64,000 nt of DNA from a bacterium (GCA_965249485.1 OZ252239.1:3424001-3488000), one strand, 5' to 3'. Numbered from the stretch's first letter, positions 20,070 to 31,255 are shown. Program-made: numbers and translations. The notes: generated from the letters alone by a model not told the origin.

Positions 20070-22572
20070 CTAAATTGGCAGAGAAATTTTCATGACGGTG
20101 CCAGATCCTTCTTTGCTACCAACATCAATTTCACCGTTATGGTCTTTAATTATCTGATAGACAATCGAAAGACCCAGCCCTGTACCTACGCCAACACCTT
20201 TTGTTGTGAATCCAGGACTGAATATTTTTTTCATATCATTTTCAGTAATTCCCTTACCCGAATCTTGCATTTCAATAACAACATATTTTCCGGACACATA
20301 GGTTCGAATAAATATTTCTCCTTTGCCTTCAATAGCCTGGCTGGAATTGACAAGAATATTCATAAAAACCTGGTTAATCTGGTTCGGGAAACAATTGACC
20401 GGAGGCAATGTACCGTATTCCTTGTGAATGGTAATTCTGTTTTTAAACTCATGGTGAACAAGCGTCAGTGTGCTTTCCAATCCTTCATGCAGATCGACCG
20501 TATCTTTTTCTGCCTGGTCAAGCCGAGCAAATCTCCTCAGGCTGTTCACAATATTCGTAATGCGATCTGCTGCAGTTTTACTCACTTCATTAAGCCGATC
20601 GACATTGCTGAAAAGCTTATTGAGCACAGAATATTCGTGTTCATGTTCGTCTTTTTCGAGATCACTTACCACTCGTTGAATTTTCGCAAATGAACGTATA
20701 AAGACATCATTGTTACTCTTCAGAGCACCGAGTGGTGTATTAATCTCGTGAGCAACCCCGGCAACAAGCTGTCCGAGAGCGGCCATTTTTTCTGAGTTAA
20801 TAAGCTGCACCTGTTTTTCTTTCAGTTCGAGTTCTTCATTTGCCTGCTGAAGTGCATTGAACATCTGTTTCAACTCCAGTGCCCGGGCAAAAATCTCACC
20901 AACGATTTTTAACAAAATGATATTGTCATCCGTCCACTCTTTTTCTTTTTCAATTGTGTCAAAACCGATAAAACCGATCAGTTTTCTCCCAAGCACCATC
21001 GGTACAGCAACAATCGATTTTATTCCTGCATTTTTTAACCACTTTTTTTCACTTGCAGCTTCGTTCGGAATATCCTGAATACGAGGATAATAAATTGGAT
21101 TTTTCTGCTTCAACTGCTGCAAAAAGTGCTGCATGTTCTCGGTATCGGTCTGTTTAATCTGTGACCTGAGTGATTTTATTCCCTGTGCACACCATTCTTC
21201 GTTTGCATTGATAGTTTTGCCGTCATCACTGATCAAGGCAACGTAACTTCTGTCGACACCAGAAAATTTGCCGATACTTTTGAGTGCATCTTTAATGCCC
21301 TCATCGATTTCGTGCGGTTCAAGATTGATGAATTTTGTTGAAATATTCGTAATAAGATTTTCAAAATCAAAATGCTGCTGCAGTTCCTGTTCGTTCTTTT
21401 TTCGCGTCGAAATATCACGGAAAGCTATCACCCGTACTCGTTTATTTTGAAAGCTAATTCCACGTCCGTAAACCTCTACATAAAACTGTGACTTGTCCTT
21501 ACGAACACATATCACATCGAACGCTCCAAGGGTAATATCAGGATTCTTTGCAACACGGGCAAGCTTCGTTTGAGTTTCTTTTTTACTCTCATTGGCAACA
21601 AGATCAATCATTTTCATACCGATCATTTCGTTTATAGAATACCCGAAATTCTTTGCGGCTGAATTATTGACATCGACTATACTGTCCTTTTCATAAATGA
21701 TAATCCCCTCGAATGATGCATCAATGAGTGAGCGGAATCGCTCCTCACTTTCACGGAGTTTCTCCTGAGCTTTTTTGCTTTCGGTAATATCGTTAAAAAC
21801 TACGACTGCTCCTTTTATATGGCCTTTGTCATCACGAACAGGGCGGGCATTGACATGAATAAATATACCTTCAGATTGCTTTTTGGAACGCACAAAAACT
21901 TCGCACTGGTCAATAGATTCCCCTTTTCCTGCACGGACTAAGGGGAGATAATCTGTAGGAAAAGGAGTTTTTTATCGGGCATAAAAAGTCCGTAATGACT
22001 GCTCAGTTTATCCGGTTTAGTTTTTTTAAGGCCCATACCGAGAATCCGCTCCGCCGCAGGATTAAATAAGACCAATTCACCTTTTTCGTCTGTCAATGCG
22101 ATACCTTCAGCCATGTTCTCAAGTATTGAAAGGAACAGTTTTTCTGTTTCAGGAGCTGGTCTTCAGCATTTTTTCTGCCGGTGATGTCCTGTCCGACAAG
22201 ATGGATCCCTCTGAGCTTTCTACCTGATTCCCACTGAGCCCTGCAGGAAATCAGCACAACTCGCTCCTCACCTTTCTTGATCAGTAGTATTTTTTCAACC
22301 TCACATCTCTTACCGCAGCGTGCTGCAAGTGAAACAAGGTCTTTCACTTCCTTTTTTTCGTGACAGAGTGCCGCTAACGGTAGACCGATCAACTCCGATT
22401 CATTATATCCGAGCATACTACTTGTTGAATTTGTTACAGAGGCGATAATCGGATTGTATTTTTCAGAAGCAGAATTAATGGTTGCATCGATGAAGATTAT
22501 ATGTTCATCGATCAATTTTGAAAACAAGCTATCAACACTTTTACTATCTGTCAATAAAGTCTTTTTATTCAT
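20070..22572 (-). pseudogene. Multi-PAS/GAF sensor histidine kinase, two frameshifts in A-runs (~22140, ~21970); may be sequencing error
   Basis: ORFs 22093-22572 and 20070-21893 are bridged by an unannotated PAS segment (LSILENMAEGIALTDEKGELVLFNPAAERILG); HisKA AHEINTPL and HATPase motifs intact. Confidence 0.8.
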
Positions 22573-22678
22573 CCTATATGTCGTTTTGTGTTCGTTCGAT
22601 ATTCAACTGACTGTAGATGTTGAAAAGCACATTAATACTATAACGATAACATGCTGCAATAGTTCGAATTATATGTAA

Positions 22679-23125
22679 TCATTCCGATTTTTTCGGGATA
22701 TCGATCTCTACCCGGTCCAGGAGTCCCCGCAGACGTTTCACAAGCGTTTTAAAAATTCCCTCAATTATCTGAACATGATCTGTCAAAATATCGTAAAAAT
22801 CTTCCCGGTCAATCCGCAGCAGTTTCGACTCTTCGACACACGTTGCGGAAGAGACTCGGTGTTTTTCATCAAAAAGTGCCCATGTCCCAAATGCTCCTCC
22901 GGTGTTTGCAGTGGTTATTTCATCTTCATCTCTGTGGAGCTTCACCGATCCACTAAGGACAATATAGAGACTGTCGGCCGGATCATGTTCTTTATAGATA
23001 TCTTCACCCTTTATCAGGACTTCTTCTTCAGCGATGGCAGCAAGATATGCTAACTGCTCGGTCGGCACTTCCGAAAACACGTCGACATTTTGAAGGAAAA
23101 TGACCTTTTCAATCGTTGTAAGCAT
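22679..23125 (-). CDS. Stand-alone cyclic nucleotide-binding domain protein
   Basis: MLTTIEKVIFLQNVDVF, LYIVLSGSVKL, FGTWALFD..RVSSA; the type normally found at the C-terminus of NTT-HEAT proteins. Confidence 0.88.
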   Translation of the reverse strand: MLTTIEKVIFLQNVDVFSEVPTEQLAYLAAIAEEEVLIKGEDIYKEHDPADSLYIVLSGSVKLHRDEDEITTANTGGAFGTWALFDEKHRVSSATCVEESKLLRIDREDFYDILTDHVQIIEGIFKTLVKRLRGLLDRVEIDIPKKSE

Positions 23126-23357
23126 TCGGTTACCTTTTTAAAATTCTTTTAAATTAAATAATGAAAGATTTGTTTTCCGTGAATAGTGCACCTCGTGAGA
23201 CTCTCCACATAATCAGTCTCTTTATCGGGGCGATGCATATATAAAGTATTACATTGCAATAAATTCTAGAATTGAAGTTGACTAAGCAATCTCAGCCATG
23301 AAACAATTCAAATAGTACACTTTTCAGTTTGAAAGAATTACACTTTTTCAAATCACT

Positions 23358-26100
23358 TCAACTATTCGTAATATTTAGTATGTATTGCGCGGTTTCCTTT
23401 ACAAACTCATGTTCGTCATGGGCAGCTTCCTGAACATAATGTCTCAGAGATTCCGGAATACCATTATCGTGTTCTTTAAGATAATAGATTGCGCAGGTTT
23501 TCAGCCATGTATTTGTTCCTGCAAGGAGGTATTCCAAAGATTCTTCTATCGTTATTTCATTCATTTCAAACATACTTCGCCCCTGACGAATTGCTATTTC
23601 ATCCGCATCTCTGTCGAGTATTGGAAACAAGTATTTCTTTTGGTCTTTACCTAAAACATTATCGAGAAATTCAATAGCACTGTCTCGAAGATTCTTTTTG
23701 CTGCTTGTTATTCCAAGATAGGCAAAAAAGATGTCATCAGGATGATATTTCAGTCCAAGCAGTCGAAAAATCTGCTCAAGATTCTGGTCAAGTGTCTCCT
23801 CAAGCGATTTTTTGAGTAATTGTCCCGCATCACTATTTCTTTCGTGGATGTGGAGAATCTGCAAGATTTCATAATATGTTTTTGTTTCAGCAATAAACGC
23901 ATCACTAATTTGCTGTTGATTGATGGGGATATCCGGAAATCTTGTATGAAGTTTATTGAGTGCTTTTATAATACGCTGCTTTAACAGAATATCATCCGTT
24001 GCAAGAGCACCGATAAGTACATTTACTGAATCTTGTGTTGGTATCATACTGAGAATTACAGGAATGTTATTTCGGATATTCAAAGGTATCGATCGATCCT
24101 CGAGATAATCAGACATTGTCCCGACTACACTCCTGCCATACGCAGCAAGCGCTTCTCTTGTTTCCTTGCGGAAACGCGCCTCGTAGTGAGCATGTCCATT
24201 AACAGAGGAATAAAATGACGGTCCTGAGTCCGGCCAATACTCAATATAGCCTCATTAACGACCTCGGAAGATTTATCATCAAGCAGGTTCTTCAAGTAGT
24301 CATAATACTGGCTGTCACTAAGATTTCCTATTGCCCTGGCAACATACTTTCTGCATATAATTCCTTGCTCATCTTTTACGGTTATCAACGTCTCGAACAG
24401 AGATCTGTCTACCAATTTTAGTTCTTCCGGTACCGCTGATTCGGACAGACATACAAGAGCTGTTGCTCTCAGCACTTGATCTGGCTGATCAAGATAAGTC
24501 TTCATCAGCATAGTCCGGTTATCATGTGCTGAGAAATATTGATAACGCATCGCTTCTAACCGAATGTCCGGATCGTTCTCCTTAAGTAGAATTTCAAAAT
24601 CATTTTGGAGGGTATCATTTTCACTGGATCTAAGTAAAGTCATTGCTCCAACTTTAACGTCGTGGGATGAATTCCTGAGGAGAGGAACAAGATGCTCAGT
24701 AAGATCTACAGTCCGAACTGATGAAAGCATATCAAGTGCATAAACAACCTGACGTTCATTGGTACTTTTGAGAGATTCCGTCAAAGCATTGACCGTTGAA
24801 GCTCCGGCAATATCTGATCTTAGTTCACTCAGGTCGATATCTCTGCGTTCGAGCGCTATTCGGAAAGCATTAATATACTCTTTTCAGATCAAAATGACGA
24901 AGAATAACCAAAGTGCAAGCAACGCAAGTACTACAAAACTAAGCTGACGAATAGAGAATCCAAATACAAGTGTAAAGAGCAGCAGCAATCCACCCGCTAT
25001 GCCGCGGAACCATCTGTCAACAATGACATCAATAAAGATTTTCGTCCTTTTTTTTAATATCCAACGGCACCGGCAGAAACAACAACTCACGCCCGGTTTT
25101 ATCGAGTGAGTATTTAAACACTCCATCCGATCCACGCAGCAGCACACCTGCGACAAGTCCCGGCATAATCAGCATTGTTGCTGAACCTAAAATGAGTCCT
25201 ATCGGCAAAAATGATATAATCCCGCCAACACCGAGAATCCTGAGCAAACGGTACGAAAAAAAGAGCTGTAGAGCCAGAGAAATTAAGCTGAGGCGTCCAT
25301 AAAACACACCAAAAAATGCTGTCCTTGCATCGTTATCAGTAAAGGCATCCTGCGTTATCCCTTTGAATTGAACATCAACAAATGATGCAGTAGCCATTGT
25401 CATCGCGATAATGCCGACGATAAGCGAAAGATGGCGAGAACTTTTGATCGCCCTGAATACTTGCATTATATTTTCTTTGGGCTCTTCATCACTTTCTTGC
25501 CGTTTTAACGCCCAAATGATGTTGACAAATAACAATACAGCACAAAAGCAATCCTACGCAGAAATAGAGCAGATTTTCTGTTTGCACGCCAAATGTTTTA
25601 ATCGCAAAACTGGTTACTTCTCCACCGGTGAACGCCCCAATGATCCCTCCAAGATTCAAAAAGACAAATAAGCGCTTTGCTTGTGTTGGAGAATAAATTG
25701 CATTTGCAAACAGCCAAAACTGCGAGGTCGCCAGCACACCGTAAATACTGACCCAGATATAGAATGAATACATTGCCCAGGTTGAACCGGTAGCGACTAT
25801 GGTCCGCATTCCCAGAAGCGATACAATCAGAAATACCAATGTCACATTTATGAGATTGTTTAACCTGAGTTTTCGGCTTGCAGCGGCATGCATCTGGTTG
25901 ACTGGAATGGCAACAATCGCAATGAGGATAAAAACAATTGGCAGCTGGGTCCATGGTATTTTTGCAAGAAACAATCCGTCACGGGCTGGCTTGAGAAAAT
26001 AGTATGTCACAAGTATCAGATAGATATAGCTGAACATGAAAAGCGAGATGAGAATCTCGCCTTTGCGGATATTAAAAAATTTTTCAAGTAGCCGGTACAC
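23358..26100 (-). pseudogene. Npt1/Npt2 (NTT/TLC) nucleotide transporter fused to HEAT repeats; 3 frameshifts plus 1 in-frame TGA
   Basis: YYFLKPARDGLFL, SQFWLFAN, QAKRLF, KYSLDKTGRELLFLP, KRTKIFID..VDR motifs spread over five consecutive ORF pieces, followed by HEAT-like helical repeats. Confidence 0.85.
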
Positions 26101-26116
26101 GATTTACTGAGCCTGC

Positions 26117-27340
26117 TTAATGAGTATTAATTATAATTTCGTCAATTTGTATAACGGAGTTTTCCGTCTCATCATTGATCCCATATACCTTTATTGTCAA
26201 CACATCACTTTTTACCGAAATCATGCAAAAGTTATATATTTTATATTGCGATGTATGCGCAATGTCAATATTGTTTTATCTATAGTAGTCCAGATAACGT
26301 GCGAGGGACTCATTATCAGCTATGTCACGCAATGGAACCCCACCGCCGCCTGACACAATAATATGCATTGTTTGATCAGAACCCGCAGTATCTCGATAAC
26401 GGAGAATATTTTTCTCATAAAAATGTTCATGGCCGCTCAACACCAATTTTACTCCAAAACGCTGCAGCAAATTGAGCAACTGAGACCGCTTTGAGGGGAG
26501 ATTGTAGCCCCACTCTGGTTTTTCCCAGTCCCCACGGTGAAAACCAAACGAAACGGGTGTGTGGTGCATCGCAACAATTTTAAATTTTTTATCAGTTGCA
26601 GCTAATACACGTTCCAGCCATGCAGGTTCTCTCGATTGCTCATTTGCGGCGATCCACTTTTGAAACATATCATCCTGGATAACATCGTCAATAAAACCAC
26701 CCTGATCAATAATTATATTGGAGTCGATTACAATTAGAATTGCATCCGGAAAATCCAATGTATAAAAACCCGGATAATCAAAAACCGTTTTGTAATTCGG
26801 ACTGCCGAAAGTCTTGTCATGAACATTATCATGATTACTGACAACCGGAGCCAAAGGAATATTATCAGGAAACGGATACTCTTTGATAAATTGTTTCCAA
26901 TGAGACGGTCGGCGCCCGTCCGTGACAAATTCACCGGCCAGTATAAAATCAGCTCCTGATTTTTCAATTTCTCTCAGCGCAGCCTTACTGACAAGAGTGC
27001 GCTGTTTCTCTCCATAATTGGAAGACTGGGATAAGTATTCGGCACCACCTAGAATGCCGTTACCAAGCAGGTAAAGATCGTAAAACGGAAAAAGAAGATG
27101 TTTCCACGTTAGCCAATTATCCCGATGTAGAAACCGTTCAACGAGTCTCCAGCCAGTACGCGAGTCGCCATAAAATAGAAAGGTTGGATTTTTGTCAACA
27201 ATTTCATTCAGGTTGACGGTATTTATGGTTATATCACCGTGGGATATATCATCTTCAAGAAGACCTTTTTGTGAGCAGCTGAAAAACATCAACAGAACCA
27301 ACAATATCGCTGTATTTTGTTTGGTCAGGAGAAGTAACAC
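26117..27340 (-). pseudogene. Lipoprotein metallophosphoesterase (calcineurin-like), in-frame TAA at 26276-26278
   Basis: Lipobox-like FFSC; GDSR, SNHD, MHH, LSGHEHFYE, SGGGG motifs; frame continues 52 codons past the TAA to 26117, 16 nt before the next start. Confidence 0.75.
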
Positions 27341-27356
27341 TCGAATCTGCTTTCTA

Positions 27357-29042
27357 CTATCTGCTTAAACCTTCAATGATATATCTGCTATTATCCGAAC
27401 GTAAAAAAACATGGACCGGTTTCGACCAACGGTCAAATTCCTGCCGTCTTGTTTGAATGGCAATTGACAAGTTTTGGGGAGAAGTGCTATCGTCGCCACT
27501 ACGGGATTGGTTTAGATCCGGAAGAGGAATTGCGGTATGATCGATTATCTGTTGATTTTGTTCTGTGCTACTACCATTAATGTGAACAGAATATCTATAA
27601 TGTCCCTTTTCTGCATAACCGTTATCTAAAGCAAGATCACGAAACAAAAGTTCCTGATTATTATTGCTGCTATTCCGGTGCTTAAATGAATCAAGGGGAT
27701 TTACTTTGTTAAACCAATAATTTCCTATGATGTCTCTTCGATCCTTCAGGACCTGCACAAGATACGCTGCCGCAGAATGGTCGGTATAACGGGCAGTCTG
27801 AACAGCTGCCGCAATTTGCTCATCGGTAAAGGAAACAACAAGTTTCGTACCCCATAATGCATCGCTGTCTGTCAAATTCTCGAATGCGGGATTCGGGAAA
27901 ATAAATTTATATTTCTGTGGTTGAAATAACTGTGATGAGATATTGCCGATAGATGGATACTGATTGTTGGAAAATTTTTCATAATCACGTACTTTTAGTC
28001 CTACTGATAAAGTTTTTTTGAACAGTTCTCCCGGATCGACCTGATTCTCATGCCCTATGTAGTTGGGTTTCGGTCCACTTGAAATGGTACCGAGCGTCGA
28101 TCCGAAATCAATTAAATAATGTTTGACATAGCTCCTTCCACCTTCCGTAACATAGGAATCGAATGTATTATTTGCTTTAGTATCGTAATGACTGAGCCAT
28201 GCAGCCATAACACGGAGTCCGCGGAGTTCTCTTCTGTGCTGGTGCTTTATCAGATCGTTTGGATCGTCTTTTCTGACACTCCGATATTTAAAAGGCCCAA
28301 GTGGTACTCCTTTGATAAATTTACTGGCGATAGCTCTAATATTTCCATCAGGCAAAATTGCAACACGTTGAAGAATCTCCTCAAGATCATCGTCGATCAT
28401 GGTTCTGGTTTTCCCATTTTCATCGATAAATCCTACATCATCAGCAAGTCTGAGATTCCGGGGATTAAAGTGGACAATGTAGTTCTCCGGAACATTGTAC
28501 CCGGCAGCATAAAATAATTTCGTCGAAATTATCTCCGCACCACTGACCAGCTCGGGATACTCGGGGGGATCAAATTTAATGACATACCTATTGCTCTTGC
28601 TGTCCCGTATCGTAAATCCGGGAGTTCTACCCTGGGCTTTCGCCTGAATAATTGTCCATTCACCCGATGTATCGGGTCCGTCAACCGAATCGGGTCCTTT
28701 CTTTATTTCATTTGAGGTCATCCGGTACATCGCGTTTCTGTTGGTAAACCATGATGAGTTATCTACTTCATCGAACGCGGTAATATTGACAGATTCTTTC
28801 GGAATATCAAAAATATTTCTGATATGACGGGAAATATCCAGAAAATGCTCCATCTTCATCATAAACTGCTTTTCAAATCCGTCAGCTAAAATATTTATTG
28901 ATTGGGATTTCGGCTGCGATATGTTGCTTGTATCATCACCAACACTGTCGGAATTTGTAAACGATTTTGGCCCACTGCAACCACTATTTATACACGTAGC
29001 CAATAAGAAAATAAAAACATATTTCGAGTTCAATCTATGCAT
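27357..29042 (-). CDS. Exported (lipo)protein with protein-kinase-like (HipA/PI3K-like) motifs
   Basis: Signal peptide ending ..INSGC; KAQGRTPGF, YVIKFD, GAEII, HYDTKANN, LIDFG. Confidence 0.7.
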   Translation of the reverse strand: MHRLNSKYVFIFLLATCINSGCSGPKSFTNSDSVGDDTSNISQPKSQSINILADGFEKQFMMKMEHFLDISRHIRNIFDIPKESVNITAFDEVDNSSWFTNRNAMYRMTSNEIKKGPDSVDGPDTSGEWTIIQAKAQGRTPGFTIRDSKSNRYVIKFDPPEYPELVSGAEIISTKLFYAAGYNVPENYIVHFNPRNLRLADDVGFIDENGKTRTMIDDDLEEILQRVAILPDGNIRAIASKFIKGVPLGPFKYRSVRKDDPNDLIKHQHRRELRGLRVMAAWLSHYDTKANNTFDSYVTEGGRSYVKHYLIDFGSTLGTISSGPKPNYIGHENQVDPGELFKKTLSVGLKVRDYEKFSNNQYPSIGNISSQLFQPQKYKFIFPNPAFENLTDSDALWGTKLVVSFTDEQIAAAVQTARYTDHSAAAYLVQVLKDRRDIIGNYWFNKVNPLDSFKHRNSSNNNQELLFRDLALDNGYAEKGHYRYSVHINGSSTEQNQQIIDHTAIPLPDLNQSRSGDDSTSPQNLSIAIQTRRQEFDRWSKPVHVFLRSDNSRYIIEGLSR

Positions 29043-29060
29043 GGGATTTTGAATGTCCGG

Positions 29061-30395
29061 TTAAAACTCCTGATTCAGATTGAGATAAAATCTCAATCCG
29101 TCTTTACTTTTTCCGAGAATCAGCTGGGCTGCGATACTATTTTCAGTCCATATATTAAAACCCCCACCATATCCATAGTGGAAATTATCGGCAGAAAAAT
29201 CATTGAAAATATTGTCGGCAACCTGCCCGGCATCTAAAAACAATACTGCATCGACTGGAGTCATGAGCGGATAACGATATTCGAGTGAACCCAATACCAT
29301 ATCATTGTCACGGAATCTCCCTCGTTTGAATCCTCGAATTGTTTCCTTATGACCAAGTTCGCTCAAATAATAAAACGGTATCTGCCTGTCAGCATACTGT
29401 TCGACAACTGCTCCGCTCACTCTGAGGATTAGAACACGCTCAAAAAACAGATTGAAGTACCGTTTGATATCAATCGATGCCCACCAAAATCCGTAGATAT
29501 CGTCGTCTGTCTGAGTATACACACCTAGCATGAACCGATCAATCCCTCCTGCCGTAGTGTGACCGGGATGATTTCGTGAGTCGTGTAGAATACTTAATCC
29601 GGCATTTGCTAACTCAATACTAGTCCGGAGACCGGGAAGCGATGCGCCGGAAAAAAGTGTGTTAGTTGATGGTGAATTGGTGTTTCTGCCGCTTAAAATG
29701 TTATTCTTTTCAATGCCCAGTTGAAACACAGCGGATGTATGTTCAGACATTGTCACTGAAAAAGCGGCATTAACACTCAATTGTTCTCGCGCATAGTTTG
29801 TCTCAGATTTTTCTTGCGTATCAGGTCCGACACCAAAAAATCTTTCATCCGAATACATCCTGTAGTTTATCATAAAATCGGCTGAGACGGCATTGTTAAA
29901 GAGATTGATTTGCTGTATGCCTGCCTGATACCGTTGTCGCCTTCTCAACCCTGCTGAAGCATTCAGCGTTACACGTTCACCGTATCCAAATGGGCCATTG
30001 TGAAAATATTTCACACCTGCTCCGCCACGCGATGAGTATACCGGAAAAAATGCCCAACTGCCGTCATCCGCTGTTAAAAAATCTTTTGTACGGGGTGCAA
30101 TTTTGGACTCATCAACAAACCAGATTGTTCCTTTTGTGACATCAAATAATAGATGTAATGTAAAGTAAATTACTTTCCCTGGTAAAGAGACAATCTGTTC
30201 CCATAATTCATCTTGGCTGTTTGATTGCTGTTGCGTATTGCCGGATTCCTTTTTAACAGCAGAGTTTGTATAAATTTCATCGTTTGACTGTATCCCGCAG
30301 TTTCCGGGCGAGGTTGTCCCCAATGTAGCAAGAGCAATAATCGCCGCAGCAGCAAAATTTTGCAGCACTTTATGAAAATCAATTGAATGTGTCAT
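29061..30395 (-). CDS. Omp85/BamA-TamA family beta-barrel without evident POTRA domains
   Basis: Signal peptide, IRGF motif, SLEYRYP, FLDAGQV, YGYGGG, C-terminal Phe. Confidence 0.85.
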   Translation of the reverse strand: MTHSIDFHKVLQNFAAAAIIALATLGTTSPGNCGIQSNDEIYTNSAVKKESGNTQQQSNSQDELWEQIVSLPGKVIYFTLHLLFDVTKGTIWFVDESKIAPRTKDFLTADDGSWAFFPVYSSRGGAGVKYFHNGPFGYGERVTLNASAGLRRRQRYQAGIQQINLFNNAVSADFMINYRMYSDERFFGVGPDTQEKSETNYAREQLSVNAAFSVTMSEHTSAVFQLGIEKNNILSGRNTNSPSTNTLFSGASLPGLRTSIELANAGLSILHDSRNHPGHTTAGGIDRFMLGVYTQTDDDIYGFWWASIDIKRYFNLFFERVLILRVSGAVVEQYADRQIPFYYLSELGHKETIRGFKRGRFRDNDMVLGSLEYRYPLMTPVDAVLFLDAGQVADNIFNDFSADNFHYGYGGGFNIWTENSIAAQLILGKSKDGLRFYLNLNQEF

Positions 30396-30610
30396 AGATA
30401 ACGGTATGCTCAGACAGGCAGAAAAATAGTCAAGAGCATGTAATAGAATTTATGGTTTCAATACTTAAATGCGTTTTTTAATAAAAGAAGCAAAAATATA
30501 GGCAAATATCATTTGTATGTCAATGATTTAAAAATTCAATCTTATACTATAAATGTCTTCATCAAATTCTGAATTATGCAATTTTTCATAGTATAGACAT
30601 TCAAGATGGT

Positions 30611-31072
30611 TTGAGCTTGACATTATCCATCTTTAACAATATGTTTAGTCATATGAGTTCCCCCTTAGTAAATCTTAGTGTCTCAACATTGAAACATACT
30701 GTGAAGAGTTTACTCTTTGTTATTGTGTTGTGTGCGGTAATCACTTCATGCTCAAGTGTATCCCAAAGTGGGTCGTCGGTTCAAATTCATCACAACGTAA
30801 TTCTCCGGGATGAAATCCTTCGAGGACGGACTATGAATGTTTTTGACCTCATTAGGACATTTCGGCCCCAATGGATGGGGAGCGGAAGGTTGAGCAGACA
30901 GAATGCACCTACTTTTTACATTGACGGAACGCAGGTTTTGTATTATGACACCATTTATCAAATGCCTGCCCGGAATGTGCTTATGATTGAATACGTCAGC
31001 CAATTTGATCCTTCGATAATTGGTGTTGACAGCCGCTACGGTGCGATTTTAATTACCCTCTTTAATCAGTAA
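30611..31072 (+). CDS. Small putative lipoprotein resembling a TonB-receptor plug fragment (start uncertain)
   Basis: Lipobox-like ITSC; RPQW, PTFYIDG, V..IEY, YGAILIT pattern. Confidence 0.5.
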   Translation: MSLTLSIFNNMFSHMSSPLVNLSVSTLKHTVKSLLFVIVLCAVITSCSSVSQSGSSVQIHHNVILRDEILRGRTMNVFDLIRTFRPQWMGSGRLSRQNAPTFYIDGTQVLYYDTIYQMPARNVLMIEYVSQFDPSIIGVDSRYGAILITLFNQ

Positions 31073-31255
31073 TTCATATTTAATTTGTTTGATTGCTAAC
31101 CATTATATCAATCTTCAGAATTAACATCAGGTATTCTGCAGAATTCCATAATAATCGTTAATTTCTCCACATTATTCTCTTCAATTCAATTAAGAATAAA
31201 CTTTATGCCAACATACAAATTGAGCTTAAATGAACAAATCACACTGAAAAGAGAC

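Noticed and set aside
24884..24886. In-frame TGA in the NTT-HEAT gene as a selenocysteine codon
   Set aside because: The context (LI*KEY) fits Arg rather than a redox Cys, I see no convincing SECIS hairpin after it, and the gene has three additional frameshifts.
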